Shown: positions 1 through 9,845 of the stretch, one piece after another | How the letters are laid out: every line of letters starts with the position of its first letter | Position numbering within the stretch: position 1 is the first letter of the stretch | Assembly (NCBI GenBank): GCA_963706445.1 | Contig: OY970160.1 | Span: forward strand, 1,056,001-1,120,000 | Source: an uncultured Nitrososphaerales archaeon | GTDB lineage: Archaea; Thermoproteota; Nitrososphaeria; Nitrososphaerales; Gagatemarchaeaceae | DNA length: 64,000 nucleotides | Direction of reading: 5' to 3' | Notes under the pieces: generated by a model | The model's input: the letters and a program-made list of their open reading frames with translations, nothing else | What the model was told of the DNA's origin: nothing | Database searches by the model: none | Made by a program: the position numbers and the translations under genes

Positions 1-570
1 GTCGCCAGAAAGGGTGCAGAATATGTAGGCGGCCTTCACCGAGTCGAGGTTCCCCGACAGGGTGATCGGGTCGGCCGCGAGCTTCACCGGCCAGGGGGTC
101 GCCTTGGAAAGCATCCATTCACGGTCGGCTCCCACCACGTCCTTCCCGATGGCATCCACCGTCTTCTCTGTGAGAGGGACCCCGATGCTCCCCTCGGGGA
201 GGGGGCCGAATTCCTTGGTAGGGTCGAACCCTCCTTGCGGAGTCCTCACCTTCTCAGGGCGGAACGAGTCCAGGTATACGACCTGTCTTACCTTCTCAGG
301 TGCGCGGTCCGCGACCGCTGCGGCGACCTTGCCCGCGAAGCTGTGGCCGACGAGAACGAAGTCGTCCAAGTCGTTGTATTCGATGATTTTCAGGACATCC
401 TGGGTCGCCGTCTCCATGCCGACGTCCTTCGTGGCGAGGTGGACCCTTTCGCCCATCCCGGTCAAGGTGACCGGGTATGCAACGTGACCTTCCTTCTCAA
501 GGTGCGGGACTACCCTCTTCCAAGCCCATGCTCCCAGCCAGGCACCCGGTACAAGTACGAATTCAGTCAT
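1..570 (-). CDS. alpha/beta hydrolase (esterase-like), 3' end runs off the window
   Basis: Not in the ORF track. Manual translation from ATG at 570 gives MTEFVLVPGAWLGAWAWKRVVPHLEKEGH...FVLVGHSFAGKV...VYLDS, with a GHSxG nucleophile elbow and no stop before position 1. Confidence 0.9.
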   Translation of the reverse strand, partial: MTEFVLVPGAWLGAWAWKRVVPHLEKEGHVAYPVTLTGMGERVHLATKDVGMETATQDVLKIIEYNDLDDFVLVGHSFAGKVAAAVADRAPEKVRQVVYLDSFRPEKVRTPQGGFDPTKEFGPLPEGSIGVPLTEKTVDAIGKDVVGADREWMLSKATPWPVKLAADPITLSGNLDSVKAAYIFCTLSGD

Positions 571-773
571 GGAGATTTCGTGCAGGCGTCCTTGTATTAA
601 ACGTCAGCCAGTCTGACGTGGAGGTGCAGATAGGTTCCGTGAAACTGTTCGCGGATGAAAGCTTCCTGCCCCAATACCATGTCGGTGGAGGCCGAGCAGA
701 CTGGTCAACTTATCGAGACGCGGGCTAGTCTTGATATACCCGAGAGGAATTCCTATTTCGGCAAGGCGTCTCC

Positions 774-1877
774 TTGCCAAGCAGCTTCCTCAAGAAACTT
801 GATTCGGCTCAAAGCGTGTTCACGTTCAGAGATTACATCCTCCTGCCGGGGAGGAGCGATGTCGAGCCAAATGAGATCGACCTGACCTCGAAAGTCACGA
901 AGGGGATCAAGATCAAGGTTCCCCTTGTTTCGTCCCCCATGGACACAGTCACTGAATGGAGGCTCGCCCTGGAGATGGCCAGGCTCGGAGGGGCGGGAGC
1001 CATTCACCGTAACATGCCCATCGAGGAACAGGTCAGGCAGGCGAAGAAAGTGAAGTCAGCCAAGGTCGAGGCTGCCAGTTCCGACGATAGGGGGAGGCCA
1101 TTGGTCGGCGCCTCCGTATCCCCTTTGGACAGGGAAAGGTGCCTTGCTCTTGACCCCGTGGTCGACTTTCTGGTCGCAGATGTCGCACACTTCCACACGT
1201 CGAAGGTCATGGGGGCCGCAAAGAAGATCCTTCCTGACTTGAGCGCAGATTTCATAGCAGGCAACGTCGGGACGAGGGCAGCGGCCTTCGACATCATAGA
1301 CGAGCTCCCTAGGGTCGACGGATTCAGGGCAGGAATAGGTTCAGGTTCCATCTGCATTACGTCCGAGGTGACCCGAGTGGGCGCTCCGACCCTGTTCGCC
1401 GTCGCCGAAGTCGCCAGCGCCCTTGAAGAGAGGAAGATGGAGATTCCCATCGTCGCGGACGGGGGGATCAGGGGCCCCGGAGACGCGGCGCTGGCTTTCG
1501 CTGCAGGAGCCTCGACGGCGATGCTAGGCTCGATGCTGGCGGGGACCGAAGAGGCGCCCACCAAGGCTGTCTTCAGGGGAGGGAGGAAATACAAGACTCA
1601 CAGGGGGATGGCGAGCGCCGCCGCCCGAAGGGTGAGATTCGCGATAGACAGGTACAGCGTCCCTGCCAAAGGCCTCGACGAGGGGGTGGAGGCATACGTC
1701 CCCTACGTCGGAGAGGCGGGTAGCGTGGTGGCCATGATGGAGAACGGGCTCCGGGCAGCATTTGGCTACGCGGGAGCGGGGAGCATTAGAGAGATGTGGT
1801 CGAAGGCAGCTTTCGGGTCAATGAGCTCCGTCGGCGCCGCGGAGCTCGGTGCGCATTCTCTAAAGGTCAAGAAGTAA
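774..1877 (+). CDS. guaB: IMP dehydrogenase (CBS-less)
   Basis: SSPMDTVTE, GIGSGSICIT (catalytic Cys), ADGGI and GMAS motifs; 367 aa with no CBS subdomain; coupled to guaA. Confidence 0.9.
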   Translation: MPSSFLKKLDSAQSVFTFRDYILLPGRSDVEPNEIDLTSKVTKGIKIKVPLVSSPMDTVTEWRLALEMARLGGAGAIHRNMPIEEQVRQAKKVKSAKVEAASSDDRGRPLVGASVSPLDRERCLALDPVVDFLVADVAHFHTSKVMGAAKKILPDLSADFIAGNVGTRAAAFDIIDELPRVDGFRAGIGSGSICITSEVTRVGAPTLFAVAEVASALEERKMEIPIVADGGIRGPGDAALAFAAGASTAMLGSMLAGTEEAPTKAVFRGGRKYKTHRGMASAAARRVRFAIDRYSVPAKGLDEGVEAYVPYVGEAGSVVAMMENGLRAAFGYAGAGSIREMWSKAAFGSMSSVGAAELGAHSLKVKK

Positions 1878-3421
1878 TGGGGCCGGACCTCGAGGGAGGG
1901 ATAGCAGTCCTTGACTTCGGGGGTCAGTACGCACACCTGATCTGCCGCAGGATCAGGGCCATGGGGGTCTATGCCGCACTGCTCCCCCACGACACCCCCC
2001 TCGCCCGGCTAGAGTCGATGAAGGTCGCAGGCGTAATACTCTCCGGCGGGCCGGCCAGCGTGTACTCGGAGGGTGCACCGAGCGCCGATCCTGCTCTGTT
2101 CGGGGGGAAGCTCCCCCTCTTGGGAATCTGCTACGGCTACCAGCTCCTCGTCAGAGCGGGAGGGGGCGAGGTCGGGAAGGTCGAGAGGAGGGAGTACGGG
2201 AGGACGGAGGTACAGGTGGTGAATGCACGAGACCTGTTCGAGGGGTTGGAGGGGGACAGGCTCGTCTGCTGGATGAGCCACAGCGACTCGGCGACGAGTA
2301 TCCCTGCCTCGATGCAGGTCCTCGCGTCCACTGAAGGTTCCCCCTTCGCGGCCGTAAAGCTCGCGGACACGCCGCAGTTCGGAGTCCAATTCCACCCGGA
2401 GGTCTCCCACACAGAACGCGGACAGACCATCCTCTCCAACTTTGTGATCGGGGTCTGTGGAGCAGATAAGAAGTGGGACATGTCAGAGTTCCTCAGGCAG
2501 TCGGTGGAGAAGCTTTCGACCCTACAGGGCCGGGTCCTCTGTGCAGTCTCTGGAGGGGTCGACTCCTCCGTGACGGCAGTCCTCCTGGACAGGGCTCTGG
2601 GCAAGAACCTGACCTGCGTCTTCATCGACACGGGGCTACTCAGGAAGGGAGAGGCGGACAGGGTAAGGAGACTGCTTGGCGAAGAGTTGGGGGTCCGGAT
2701 ATCCTTCGTCGACGCGTCGAAGTCGTTCTTGGCGGCGCTCAGGGGGGTGAAAGACCCCGAGGAGAAGAGGAAGGTCGTCGGGAAGACGTTTGCTAACGTT
2801 TTCGAAGTTTTTGCACGCGCCCAGGGGCCGTTTGTGCATCTTGCCCAGGGGACCCTCTACCCTGACGTGATTGAAAGCGGGAGGTCCACAGGCCCTGCCT
2901 CGGTCATAAAGACACACCACAACGTGGGCGGACTCCCTTCCAGCATTTCGATGTCCGTAGTCGAGCCCCTCAGGGAGCTGTACAAGGACGAAGTCAGGGA
3001 GCTGGGGACCCTCCTTGGGCTGCCGATGGAGGTGGTCAGAAGGCACCCCTTCCCGGGCCCGGGACTCGCCGTCCGCGTCGTCGGGGAGGTCACCGAGGAG
3101 AAGCTCCGGATCTGCAGGGAAGCGAGCAGCATAGTCGAGGAGGTGCTCGATGCGGAAGGGCTCTACCCGAAAGCCTGGCAGGCGTTCGCCTACGTCGGGG
3201 ACGACGAGGTGACGGGGGTCCTGGGGGACGAGAGGAAGACAGGCCGTCAGGTCACGGTGAAAGTGGTGGAGTCGGTCGACGCCATGACGGCGGACTGGAG
3301 CAGACTCGACCCGGAGGTCCTTGAGCGGATGTCGACCAGGATAACCAACGAAGTCCCAGGGGTCGTGGCTGTAGCCTACTCGATCTCTTCCAAGCCCCCC
3401 GCCACCATCGAGCCCCAATGA
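1877..3421 (+). CDS. guaA: GMP synthase, fused glutamine amidotransferase + ATP pyrophosphatase
   Basis: LDFGGQY, GICYG, QFHPEV, SGGVDS, HHNVGG and KPPATIE motifs; ATG at 1877 overlaps the guaB stop (TAATG). Confidence 0.95.
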   Translation: MGPDLEGGIAVLDFGGQYAHLICRRIRAMGVYAALLPHDTPLARLESMKVAGVILSGGPASVYSEGAPSADPALFGGKLPLLGICYGYQLLVRAGGGEVGKVERREYGRTEVQVVNARDLFEGLEGDRLVCWMSHSDSATSIPASMQVLASTEGSPFAAVKLADTPQFGVQFHPEVSHTERGQTILSNFVIGVCGADKKWDMSEFLRQSVEKLSTLQGRVLCAVSGGVDSSVTAVLLDRALGKNLTCVFIDTGLLRKGEADRVRRLLGEELGVRISFVDASKSFLAALRGVKDPEEKRKVVGKTFANVFEVFARAQGPFVHLAQGTLYPDVIESGRSTGPASVIKTHHNVGGLPSSISMSVVEPLRELYKDEVRELGTLLGLPMEVVRRHPFPGPGLAVRVVGEVTEEKLRICREASSIVEEVLDAEGLYPKAWQAFAYVGDDEVTGVLGDERKTGRQVTVKVVESVDAMTADWSRLDPEVLERMSTRITNEVPGVVAVAYSISSKPPATIEPQ

Positions 3422-3502
3422 GCCCAATGGCAAGACTAGGCTCCTTTGTCAGACAACCGGAGAGGGAAAGCTTTGAAAAGCGATTCGGAGGGCTTTGCCT
3501 AG

Positions 3503-4222
3503 TTGGAAGCTGTCGAGAAGGAAATCGCCGTCGGGGAGTATAACGTCAACTATGCCACAGCCGGGAACGGCGCCCCTCTGCTCCTGCTCCATGGGAGCGA
3601 GCCGCAGGAGAACTGGAGGGTGTGGGAACCGCTCATGTCCCTGGCGGACACCCACAGGGTCATAGCCCCCGACCTTTTGGGCCATGGCAAGTCTTCGAAG
3701 CCTGAGGAGACCCCCGACTTCCGGGCCCAGGCGAGGATGCTCAGGGACCTGGCAGACAAGATCCAAACGAGGACGATGGGCCTGATGGGGAGCGGCTGGG
3801 GAGGGCAGGTGGCGCTGGAGTTCGCGCTCCAGTGGCCCGACAGTGTGAACGCGATTGTCCTCGTCGCCATCGCCTACGACAAGGGACAGCTCCCAAGACT
3901 GCAGAAGCTCAGGAAGCCGACCCTGATAATCTACGCAGAGGACGACATGGTAACACAGCTCAAGGCGGGGTACCTCCTCCGGGATGCCATAGGGACCTCC
4001 CGCCTCGAGGTCCTGGACCCCGTGGCGCGTGACCCCAGGTACGACTTTCGGATGTCCCACAGGCTCCAGAATTTCAGGGCGCCCCAGGTTCTCCAGCTTG
4101 CCCGGACCTTCCTTTCGAACCCACAGTCGATGATAGCCGAGCCTCCGGAGTTGGAGAACCAGCTGAAAGGGATGGCGCTGAGAAAGGAAGACGAAAAGGA
4201 CCCGGCTATCTGGAAGCCATAG
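3503..4222 (+). CDS. alpha/beta hydrolase fold protein, probably catalytically atypical
   Basis: LLLLHG, IAPDLLGHGKS and PTLIIYAEDD motifs; nucleophile elbow reads GSGWGG; 3' end overlaps convergent uS7 by 17 nt. Confidence 0.8.
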   Translation: MEAVEKEIAVGEYNVNYATAGNGAPLLLLHGSEPQENWRVWEPLMSLADTHRVIAPDLLGHGKSSKPEETPDFRAQARMLRDLADKIQTRTMGLMGSGWGGQVALEFALQWPDSVNAIVLVAIAYDKGQLPRLQKLRKPTLIIYAEDDMVTQLKAGYLLRDAIGTSRLEVLDPVARDPRYDFRMSHRLQNFRAPQVLQLARTFLSNPQSMIAEPPELENQLKGMALRKEDEKDPAIWKP

Positions 4223-4817
4223 CGACGCGTTCCTGCTCGTTCTTCTTCTTGACGGCGTAGCTGTTCGCGTCGGCTGCAGCCGCCTGGATGATCTCGTCGG
4301 CTAGCACCTCGTCCACTCTGCGCGGGGAGTTGAAGGCGGCTTCCCTCACCCCCTCGGAGATGAACCTCAGGGCAAGGTCGACCCTGCGCACGGGCGAGAT
4401 GTCCACTGACTGGTGGTACACGACCCCTCCGTAGCTGAGCCTGGTGGTGTCCTCGTTGGGCGAAGCGTTCTCGATGGCCTTCACGAGCTGCTGGACCGGG
4501 TTCTGGCCGGTCTTCAGCTCTATGATGGTGAAAGCCGTTTTGACAACGTTCAGGGATTTCTGCTTCTTCCCTCCCATCCTTCCGGTGTTCTTCGCATACT
4601 TCTTTCCAGAGTGCATTATCGAGTTCGCGAGCCTCTCCACGATGTTGACCTTGGTCTTCCCGAACTTCTTGTGCTCGTGCCTCCCACCGGAGTGGGGTAT
4701 GAGCATGGGCTTGACGTTGATCACGGTCTGAAGTCCGGGGTCCTCAATCTTGACGCCAGTGAGGTCCCACCTGTCCCAGAGCTTGAGATTTGGATACTCC
4801 AATGACTGTCTGCTCAT
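4206..4817 (-). CDS. rps7: 30S ribosomal protein uS7
   Basis: MSRQSLEYPNLKLW...IENASPNEDTTRLSYGG...RRVDLALR...ERVAMASR; start taken at ATG 4817, downstream of uS12. Confidence 0.95.
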   Translation of the reverse strand: MSRQSLEYPNLKLWDRWDLTGVKIEDPGLQTVINVKPMLIPHSGGRHEHKKFGKTKVNIVERLANSIMHSGKKYAKNTGRMGGKKQKSLNVVKTAFTIIELKTGQNPVQQLVKAIENASPNEDTTRLSYGGVVYHQSVDISPVRRVDLALRFISEGVREAAFNSPRRVDEVLADEIIQAAAADANSYAVKKKNEQERVAMASR

Positions 4818-4819
4818 GG

Positions 4820-5257
4820 CTATCTCCTGGGCTTCTCCTTGCGGCCGTAGACTAACTCGTTGAGCGAAACGCCGTTGACCTTGAACACCGTCCAGCGGAC
4901 CCCTGGGATGTCTCCCATGGCCCTCTTCATCGAGCCGCCTATCCCCTGCAGGATGACCTCGTCGTGCTCGTCCACGAAGTTCAGGGCACCGTCTCCCGGG
5001 AGAAAGGCCGTGACCTGCTTTCCGTTCTTGACTATCTGGCACCGGACACACTTGCGGATGGCCGAGTTGGGCTGCTTGGACTCGATCCCCACCTTCTCAA
5101 GCACTATGCCCCTGGCCTGGGGGGCGCCCTCGAGCGGGTCAGCCTTGTAGTCGAGGCCGAGCTTGCGCCTCTTGTACCACTTGTTGGACCAGCGGAATCT
5201 CTGGCGCTTGTTCGCCATCTGTCTCGCTGCGAACTCTCCGCGTGGTGAGCCTGACAT
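4820..5257 (-). CDS. rps12: 30S ribosomal protein uS12
   Basis: [12 protein letters not shown] and GDIPGVR motifs. Confidence 0.97.
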   Translation of the reverse strand: MSGSPRGEFAARQMANKRQRFRWSNKWYKRRKLGLDYKADPLEGAPQARGIVLEKVGIESKQPNSAIRKCVRCQIVKNGKQVTAFLPGDGALNFVDEHDEVILQGIGGSMKRAMGDIPGVRWTVFKVNGVSLNELVYGRKEKPRR

Positions 5258-5294
5258 GCTTCAGACGCTGCCCTTTCTCATTGTATATAACCCC

Positions 5295-5738
5295 TTACAG
5301 CTCGCTGGTGATTTGGACGTTGTTGATGTCGAAGTAGCGCTTCGCGAGGAGCCTCACCTTCTCGGCGTTCTTCCCTCCCAACCCCAGGACCACCCCCTTC
5401 TTTCGCGGGTCTACGATGACCACGACCCCCTTGGTGCCGTCGAGCCTGTCGCTTACCCTGACCTCCTGGACGAACTTCGCCCCCAGTGAATTCTTGACGA
5501 GCCCCTCCACGTCGTCTGCCCACTCGACTACCTCCACCGGCCGGCGGACTGCCCTTTCGATCTTCTTCACCGAGGCGCCATCCTTGCCGATGGCGAGTCC
5601 CATCTGCCCCTGGGCTATCACGAATATCACCCTGTTCCGCTTCTCGTCGACCACGCAGTCACGGGCCGTCGCCCCCGTCATCCCCTGGAACATGGAAAGC
5701 AGGGAGAGCTGGTCTGAGCTTAGCTTGATCTCGGGCAT
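5295..5738 (-). CDS. nusA: archaeal NusA (KH-domain transcription factor)
   Basis: GLAIGKDG and LGLGGKN KH motifs; canonical position between eL30 and uS12. Confidence 0.92.
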   Translation of the reverse strand: MPEIKLSSDQLSLLSMFQGMTGATARDCVVDEKRNRVIFVIAQGQMGLAIGKDGASVKKIERAVRRPVEVVEWADDVEGLVKNSLGAKFVQEVRVSDRLDGTKGVVVIVDPRKKGVVLGLGGKNAEKVRLLAKRYFDINNVQITSEL

Positions 5739-5744
5739 TGGATC

Positions 5745-6047
5745 CTACCTTGTCAGGAGCTTGATGTCGGAGTCGCTTACGTTTCGTACAGCGATGGCCG
5801 AGACCTTGTAGGGCTTTCCTATCATCCTGCCGAGCTCGACAGAAGACTGCGTCAGCTCGACCACGGGGACTCCGTGCTTATTCGCCTCCTCCCTGAGCTT
5901 CGAACCCAGGCCCGAAGGGATGGACTTCGTGCAAAGCACTGCCTTGCTCCCCTTCACTGCGGCGATGCTCTCTTTCGCCCCCAGGGTGGACTTTCCACCC
6001 TTCATGGCCTCCTTGAGTACTTTGGAGAGCTGTGCGTTGTCTACCAT
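5745..6047 (-). CDS. rpl30e: 50S ribosomal protein eL30
   Basis: L7Ae/L30e-like sequence (LGAKES...ELGRMIGKPYKVSAIAV); canonical operon position. Confidence 0.88.
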   Translation of the reverse strand: MVDNAQLSKVLKEAMKGGKSTLGAKESIAAVKGSKAVLCTKSIPSGLGSKLREEANKHGVPVVELTQSSVELGRMIGKPYKVSAIAVRNVSDSDIKLLTR

Positions 6048-6052
6048 CGGGA

Positions 6053-9000
6053 TCAGCTCATGTACAGGTCGATCATTCCGGTCCCGACGGGTATCGGGAG
6101 GCCGACGATGACGTTCTCGGTGACCCCCTTCAGGTCCTCCACTTCACCTTTGACGGCTGCTTCGGCGAGGGTCGGGACTGTGATCTCGAAGGCGGCCCTG
6201 GCCAGGACGCTGCTCTTCGTCCCTGCGATCCCGTGCCTGCCTATCTGCTGGATGTATCCCTTGGATGTCATCAGGTCTGCGACCAGGAAGATGTGGCGGA
6301 TGTCCACCTCGAGGCCCTGCTCGTCGAGTGTGCTCATCAGCTCCCTGACCAGGGTGGCCCGCGCTGCCTCGATCCCAAGGACCTGGGCGACCTCGTGGAC
6401 GTTGTTGGTGTAGACCTTCGTAGGGTCGACGCCGACGACCTGCACGACCTTGCCGAGGTTGGAACCGGAAGTCTGGACAAGCCACTCATCCCCTTCCTTC
6501 ACCACGGTGACGCGGGTTATCCCCGGGATCCCCTTCAGTTTCATGTTGAGGATCTTGTTCCTTAGAGTGAAGAGGGCCGCGAGGTCGGCCTCGGGCATGC
6601 TCACGTGGACTACGTTGGGGTTCCGCTTATCCGGTTGGACCTTCCTCTTCCCCGTCTCGATGACCTTCTGAATTTCTTCGGGGTTGGTGTCGCGGTCTTT
6701 CATCATGTCTGGGTCGAGGTGCAGCCTGATTCCCTCCGTCATGTCGACTTCGCTGGACTTCACGACGTCTCTTACCTTAGTGAACAGGATCTCCTTCGCC
6801 ACCTTCAGGGCCTTTTCGTTGTCTAACGAGTAGTCGTCTTTCAGGTGGATGTCCATGGACGGCGTGGCTGGAATCTTCCTTGCGTCGACGAGCTCCATCA
6901 GCCTTGGCAGACCCAGTGTCACGTCCCTTTCCCTTACTCCTGCGAAGTGGAAGGTCCTGAGCGTCATCTGGGTGCCGGGCTCCCCTATGGACTGGGCCGC
7001 CACAATGCCTGAAGCCTCTCCGGGCTCAACCCGCGAGTAGTCGAGTGCCTCGGCCACCTTCTCCATTGTCTCCTTCAGCCCCTCCTCCGTTAGGTGTGAG
7101 GCGCCCAGCTTCTCTGTCAGCTCCCTTGTGAGCCTGTCGTTGAGAGTGGGCTGGTACTTCTTGATCAGCTTGTCGAGGGCGTCGGTGTCGACCTTCGCCT
7201 TGGACTTGTGGGAGAGCTCCTCGGTCTCGATGAGCCTGTCGAGGTTGCTCGGGCGACCGTGGTCGCTCTTAGCGGGGTCTACTCCGTCCTCCCCGTAGAG
7301 GAACTGTATGATGTGGCCGTGGGGGTCCCTGACCGTGAGGTCGTATTCGACCTTAAGGTGCTCCAGAGCGTTGACGAGGCGCCTCTGCATGTAACCGCTC
7401 TGCTGCGTCCTGACGGCTGTGTCCACCAGGCCCTCGCGGCCGCCCATGGCGTGGAAGAAGAATTCGGTAGGCGTAAGACCGTCCCTGTAGTTGTTCTTGA
7501 CGAACCCCTGGGACTCGGGGGACGGATCGTCCCATGGGAAGTGGCTCAGCGCCCTCCCCTTCATGCCGTGGCTGATCCTCTTGCCTCTGACCGACTGCTG
7601 TCCCAGTGCGGCGGTCATCTGCCCTACGTTCAGGCTCGAGCCTCTCGCTCCGATGCGGGCCATTATCATTCCAGAGTTCTCTGCCGGGAAGGACCTGTCA
7701 GCTATCCTGCCAGCCTTGTCCCTCGCCCGCGAGAGCTCGTTGATGATCGAAGCCTCCAGCAGCTCTTCGGCGGAAAGTCCCTTCGCCAGAGTCAAAGAGC
7801 CGGACTTGTACTTCTTCTGCAGGTCGGTGATGTTTGAGTAGGCCTCCTCCAAGGCGTCTGCGATCCCCTTCTTTGCCTCGGCCGGGAGCTCTAGCTCGTT
7901 GAAACCGTAGGTGAACCCTCTCCTGGTAAGGAAGGTCTTCAGGACCCTGAGTATCGAGTTCAGAAAGTTGCGGGCCTCCTCATTCCCGTAGTCCTTGGCG
8001 ATGCGATGAAGGAGCGAGTCTGGTTCCTCGGCGCCGATGGCCGCCTTGTCCACTACCCCGGATATCAGCTGGCCGTTTCTGATCACAACGTCGTTCGTGG
8101 TCCCGGTCCTCTGAGCCTTCGCCCACTTCGAGGTGAGCACGTAGTTCATGTCTTTCGGGATGAAGAGTGAGAAGAGCTGCTTGCCTGTGTACATCGGGTG
8201 GGCACCTTTACGCTCGGGCTCCGGCAGGTCCCCGTCGAAGTCTCCGGCCAGAGCAAGATTCGAGAACTCTCCCGGCGTGAGGAGGGTCTCGTCCCTGGTG
8301 AGCATGAACGCGCCCGTGATGAAATCCCTGATCCCCCCGATGATCGGGCCCCCGTACCTGGGAGAAAGTATCTGGTCCTGGACCCGCATGAGCATCAGCG
8401 CCTCGGACCTTGACTCCTCGCTCTGGGGGACGTGGAGGTTCATCTCGTCCCCGTCGAAGTCCGCGTTGTACGGCGGACAGACGGAGGGGTGGAGTCTGAA
8501 GGTCCTGAACGGGAGAACCCTGACGAAGTGGGCCATCACAGACATCCTGTGGAGGGATGGCTGCCTGTTGAAGAGGACGACGTCCCCGTCCATCAGGTGC
8601 CTCTCAACGATGTAACCCGGGGCGAGGGAGTCGGCCAGGGCCTTTCTGTCGCTGGCGAAGTCAAGCCTGATCTTTACGCCGTCTGGGCGGATGACGTAGT
8701 TGGCGCCGGGATGGTCGAAGGGTCCCTTGTTGACGAGGTCTTTCAGGTGGTCTATGTTAAACGGAGACACCTTCTCCGGGATGGTGAGCTTCTTCGCCAC
8801 CTCGAAGGGGACGCCGACCTCCCCGATGTCGAGGCTCGGGTCCGGGCTGATTACCGTGCGGCTGGAGAAGTCTACCCTCTTTCCTGACAGCGACCCTCTG
8901 AACCTCCCCTCCTTCCCCTTGAGCCTCTGGCTCAGGGTCTTCAGGGGCCTGCCGGAGCGGTGGTGAGCCTGAGGGATCCCGGACACTTCGTTGTCGAAGT

Positions 9001-9841
9001 AGGTGGTGACGTGGTAGTGGAGGAGATCCACCAGGTCCTGCACGATAAGATGCGGGGTCCCTGATTCCTTGGACTCGCGGACTCTCTGGTTGACCCTGAG
9101 GATGTCCACGACCTTGTGGGTGAGGTCGTCTTCAGAGCGGATCCCGGACTCCAGGGTAATGGATGGCCTCACGGTTAGAGGCGGCACAGGGAGGACCTGC
9201 AGGACGAACCATTCAGGCCTGGCTGCCTTCGCATTGAACCCGAGGAGTTGGAGGTCCTCGTTGTTTATCCTCTCGAGTCTCTCGCGGATGGCCACTGGGA
9301 GGAGGCGAGTGGCGCCGCCTTCCTCGGTTATCTCGTGGAATATGGTCGGCTTTGTGAACTCGATTTGATACTGCTGCTTGCCGCAGTGCGGGCAGAGCTT
9401 GACCTTCTTCGCCTTGGTGGCGATCTCCTTTGCTACGGTCTCCAGTAGGGATGGGGTGAAGTCGGTCTGGCTTGATATCTTCACGCGGTAGGCGTCCAAC
9501 TCCTGCTGTGGAAGCAGGATCCTTCCACAGGACCTGCAGGTGGTCTGGACCAGCCTGTTGATTTCGTCGACGAAGGCGATGTGGAGGACCGGCTCGGCGA
9601 GCTCGATGTGCCCGAAGTGCCCGGGGCACCTCCCTGCGGTGCTCCCGCAGGTGCCGCACTTCTGTCCCGGCTCAAGTGTTCCTAGTCTGCTGTCCATGAG
9701 GCCTCCCTGGACCGGCATGCCGTCTTCGTCGTAGGTCTCTGGCTGGGTTATCTCGGCGACAGAATACTTCCTGACCTCGCTGGGGGAGAAGACTGCGAAG
9801 TTGATTCCGCCTATGGTCTTGAGGGCCTGTTCCATCGACAT
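6053..9841 (-). CDS. rpo1: DNA-directed RNA polymerase largest subunit Rpo1 (A'+A'' unsplit)
   Basis: Zn-binding CGTC...CPGHFGH, the NADFDGD active site, and A''-type AAQSIGEPGTQMTLRTFH all in one 1262-aa ORF. Confidence 0.98.
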   Translation of the reverse strand: MSMEQALKTIGGINFAVFSPSEVRKYSVAEITQPETYDEDGMPVQGGLMDSRLGTLEPGQKCGTCGSTAGRCPGHFGHIELAEPVLHIAFVDEINRLVQTTCRSCGRILLPQQELDAYRVKISSQTDFTPSLLETVAKEIATKAKKVKLCPHCGKQQYQIEFTKPTIFHEITEEGGATRLLPVAIRERLERINNEDLQLLGFNAKAARPEWFVLQVLPVPPLTVRPSITLESGIRSEDDLTHKVVDILRVNQRVRESKESGTPHLIVQDLVDLLHYHVTTYFDNEVSGIPQAHHRSGRPLKTLSQRLKGKEGRFRGSLSGKRVDFSSRTVISPDPSLDIGEVGVPFEVAKKLTIPEKVSPFNIDHLKDLVNKGPFDHPGANYVIRPDGVKIRLDFASDRKALADSLAPGYIVERHLMDGDVVLFNRQPSLHRMSVMAHFVRVLPFRTFRLHPSVCPPYNADFDGDEMNLHVPQSEESRSEALMLMRVQDQILSPRYGGPIIGGIRDFITGAFMLTRDETLLTPGEFSNLALAGDFDGDLPEPERKGAHPMYTGKQLFSLFIPKDMNYVLTSKWAKAQRTGTTNDVVIRNGQLISGVVDKAAIGAEEPDSLLHRIAKDYGNEEARNFLNSILRVLKTFLTRRGFTYGFNELELPAEAKKGIADALEEAYSNITDLQKKYKSGSLTLAKGLSAEELLEASIINELSRARDKAGRIADRSFPAENSGMIMARIGARGSSLNVGQMTAALGQQSVRGKRISHGMKGRALSHFPWDDPSPESQGFVKNNYRDGLTPTEFFFHAMGGREGLVDTAVRTQQSGYMQRRLVNALEHLKVEYDLTVRDPHGHIIQFLYGEDGVDPAKSDHGRPSNLDRLIETEELSHKSKAKVDTDALDKLIKKYQPTLNDRLTRELTEKLGASHLTEEGLKETMEKVAEALDYSRVEPGEASGIVAAQSIGEPGTQMTLRTFHFAGVRERDVTLGLPRLMELVDARKIPATPSMDIHLKDDYSLDNEKALKVAKEILFTKVRDVVKSSEVDMTEGIRLHLDPDMMKDRDTNPEEIQKVIETGKRKVQPDKRNPNVVHVSMPEADLAALFTLRNKILNMKLKGIPGITRVTVVKEGDEWLVQTSGSNLGKVVQVVGVDPTKVYTNNVHEVAQVLGIEAARATLVRELMSTLDEQGLEVDIRHIFLVADLMTSKGYIQQIGRHGIAGTKSSVLARAAFEITVPTLAEAAVKGEVEDLKGVTENVIVGLPIPVGTGMIDLYMS

Positions 9842-9845
9842 TTCT

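Noticed and set aside
62-728. Plus-strand ORFs at the window start
   Set aside because: They overlap the clear minus-strand alpha/beta hydrolase (1-570).
571-773. Possible purine riboswitch upstream of guaB
   Set aside because: No purine aptamer consensus seen; explicable as a divergent promoter region.
3411-3430. Short tandem duplication AGCCCCAATG/AGCCCAATGG at the guaA stop
   Set aside because: Only two ~10-nt copies; likely chance or a trivial local duplication.
4818-5051. 78-aa N-terminal extension of uS7 in the ORF track
   Set aside because: It overlaps uS12 in another frame; the ATG at 4817 gives a normal-length uS7. Similar over-extensions were trimmed for guaA, arsM, arsR, the helicase, satP, the cupredoxin and Fe-ADH.
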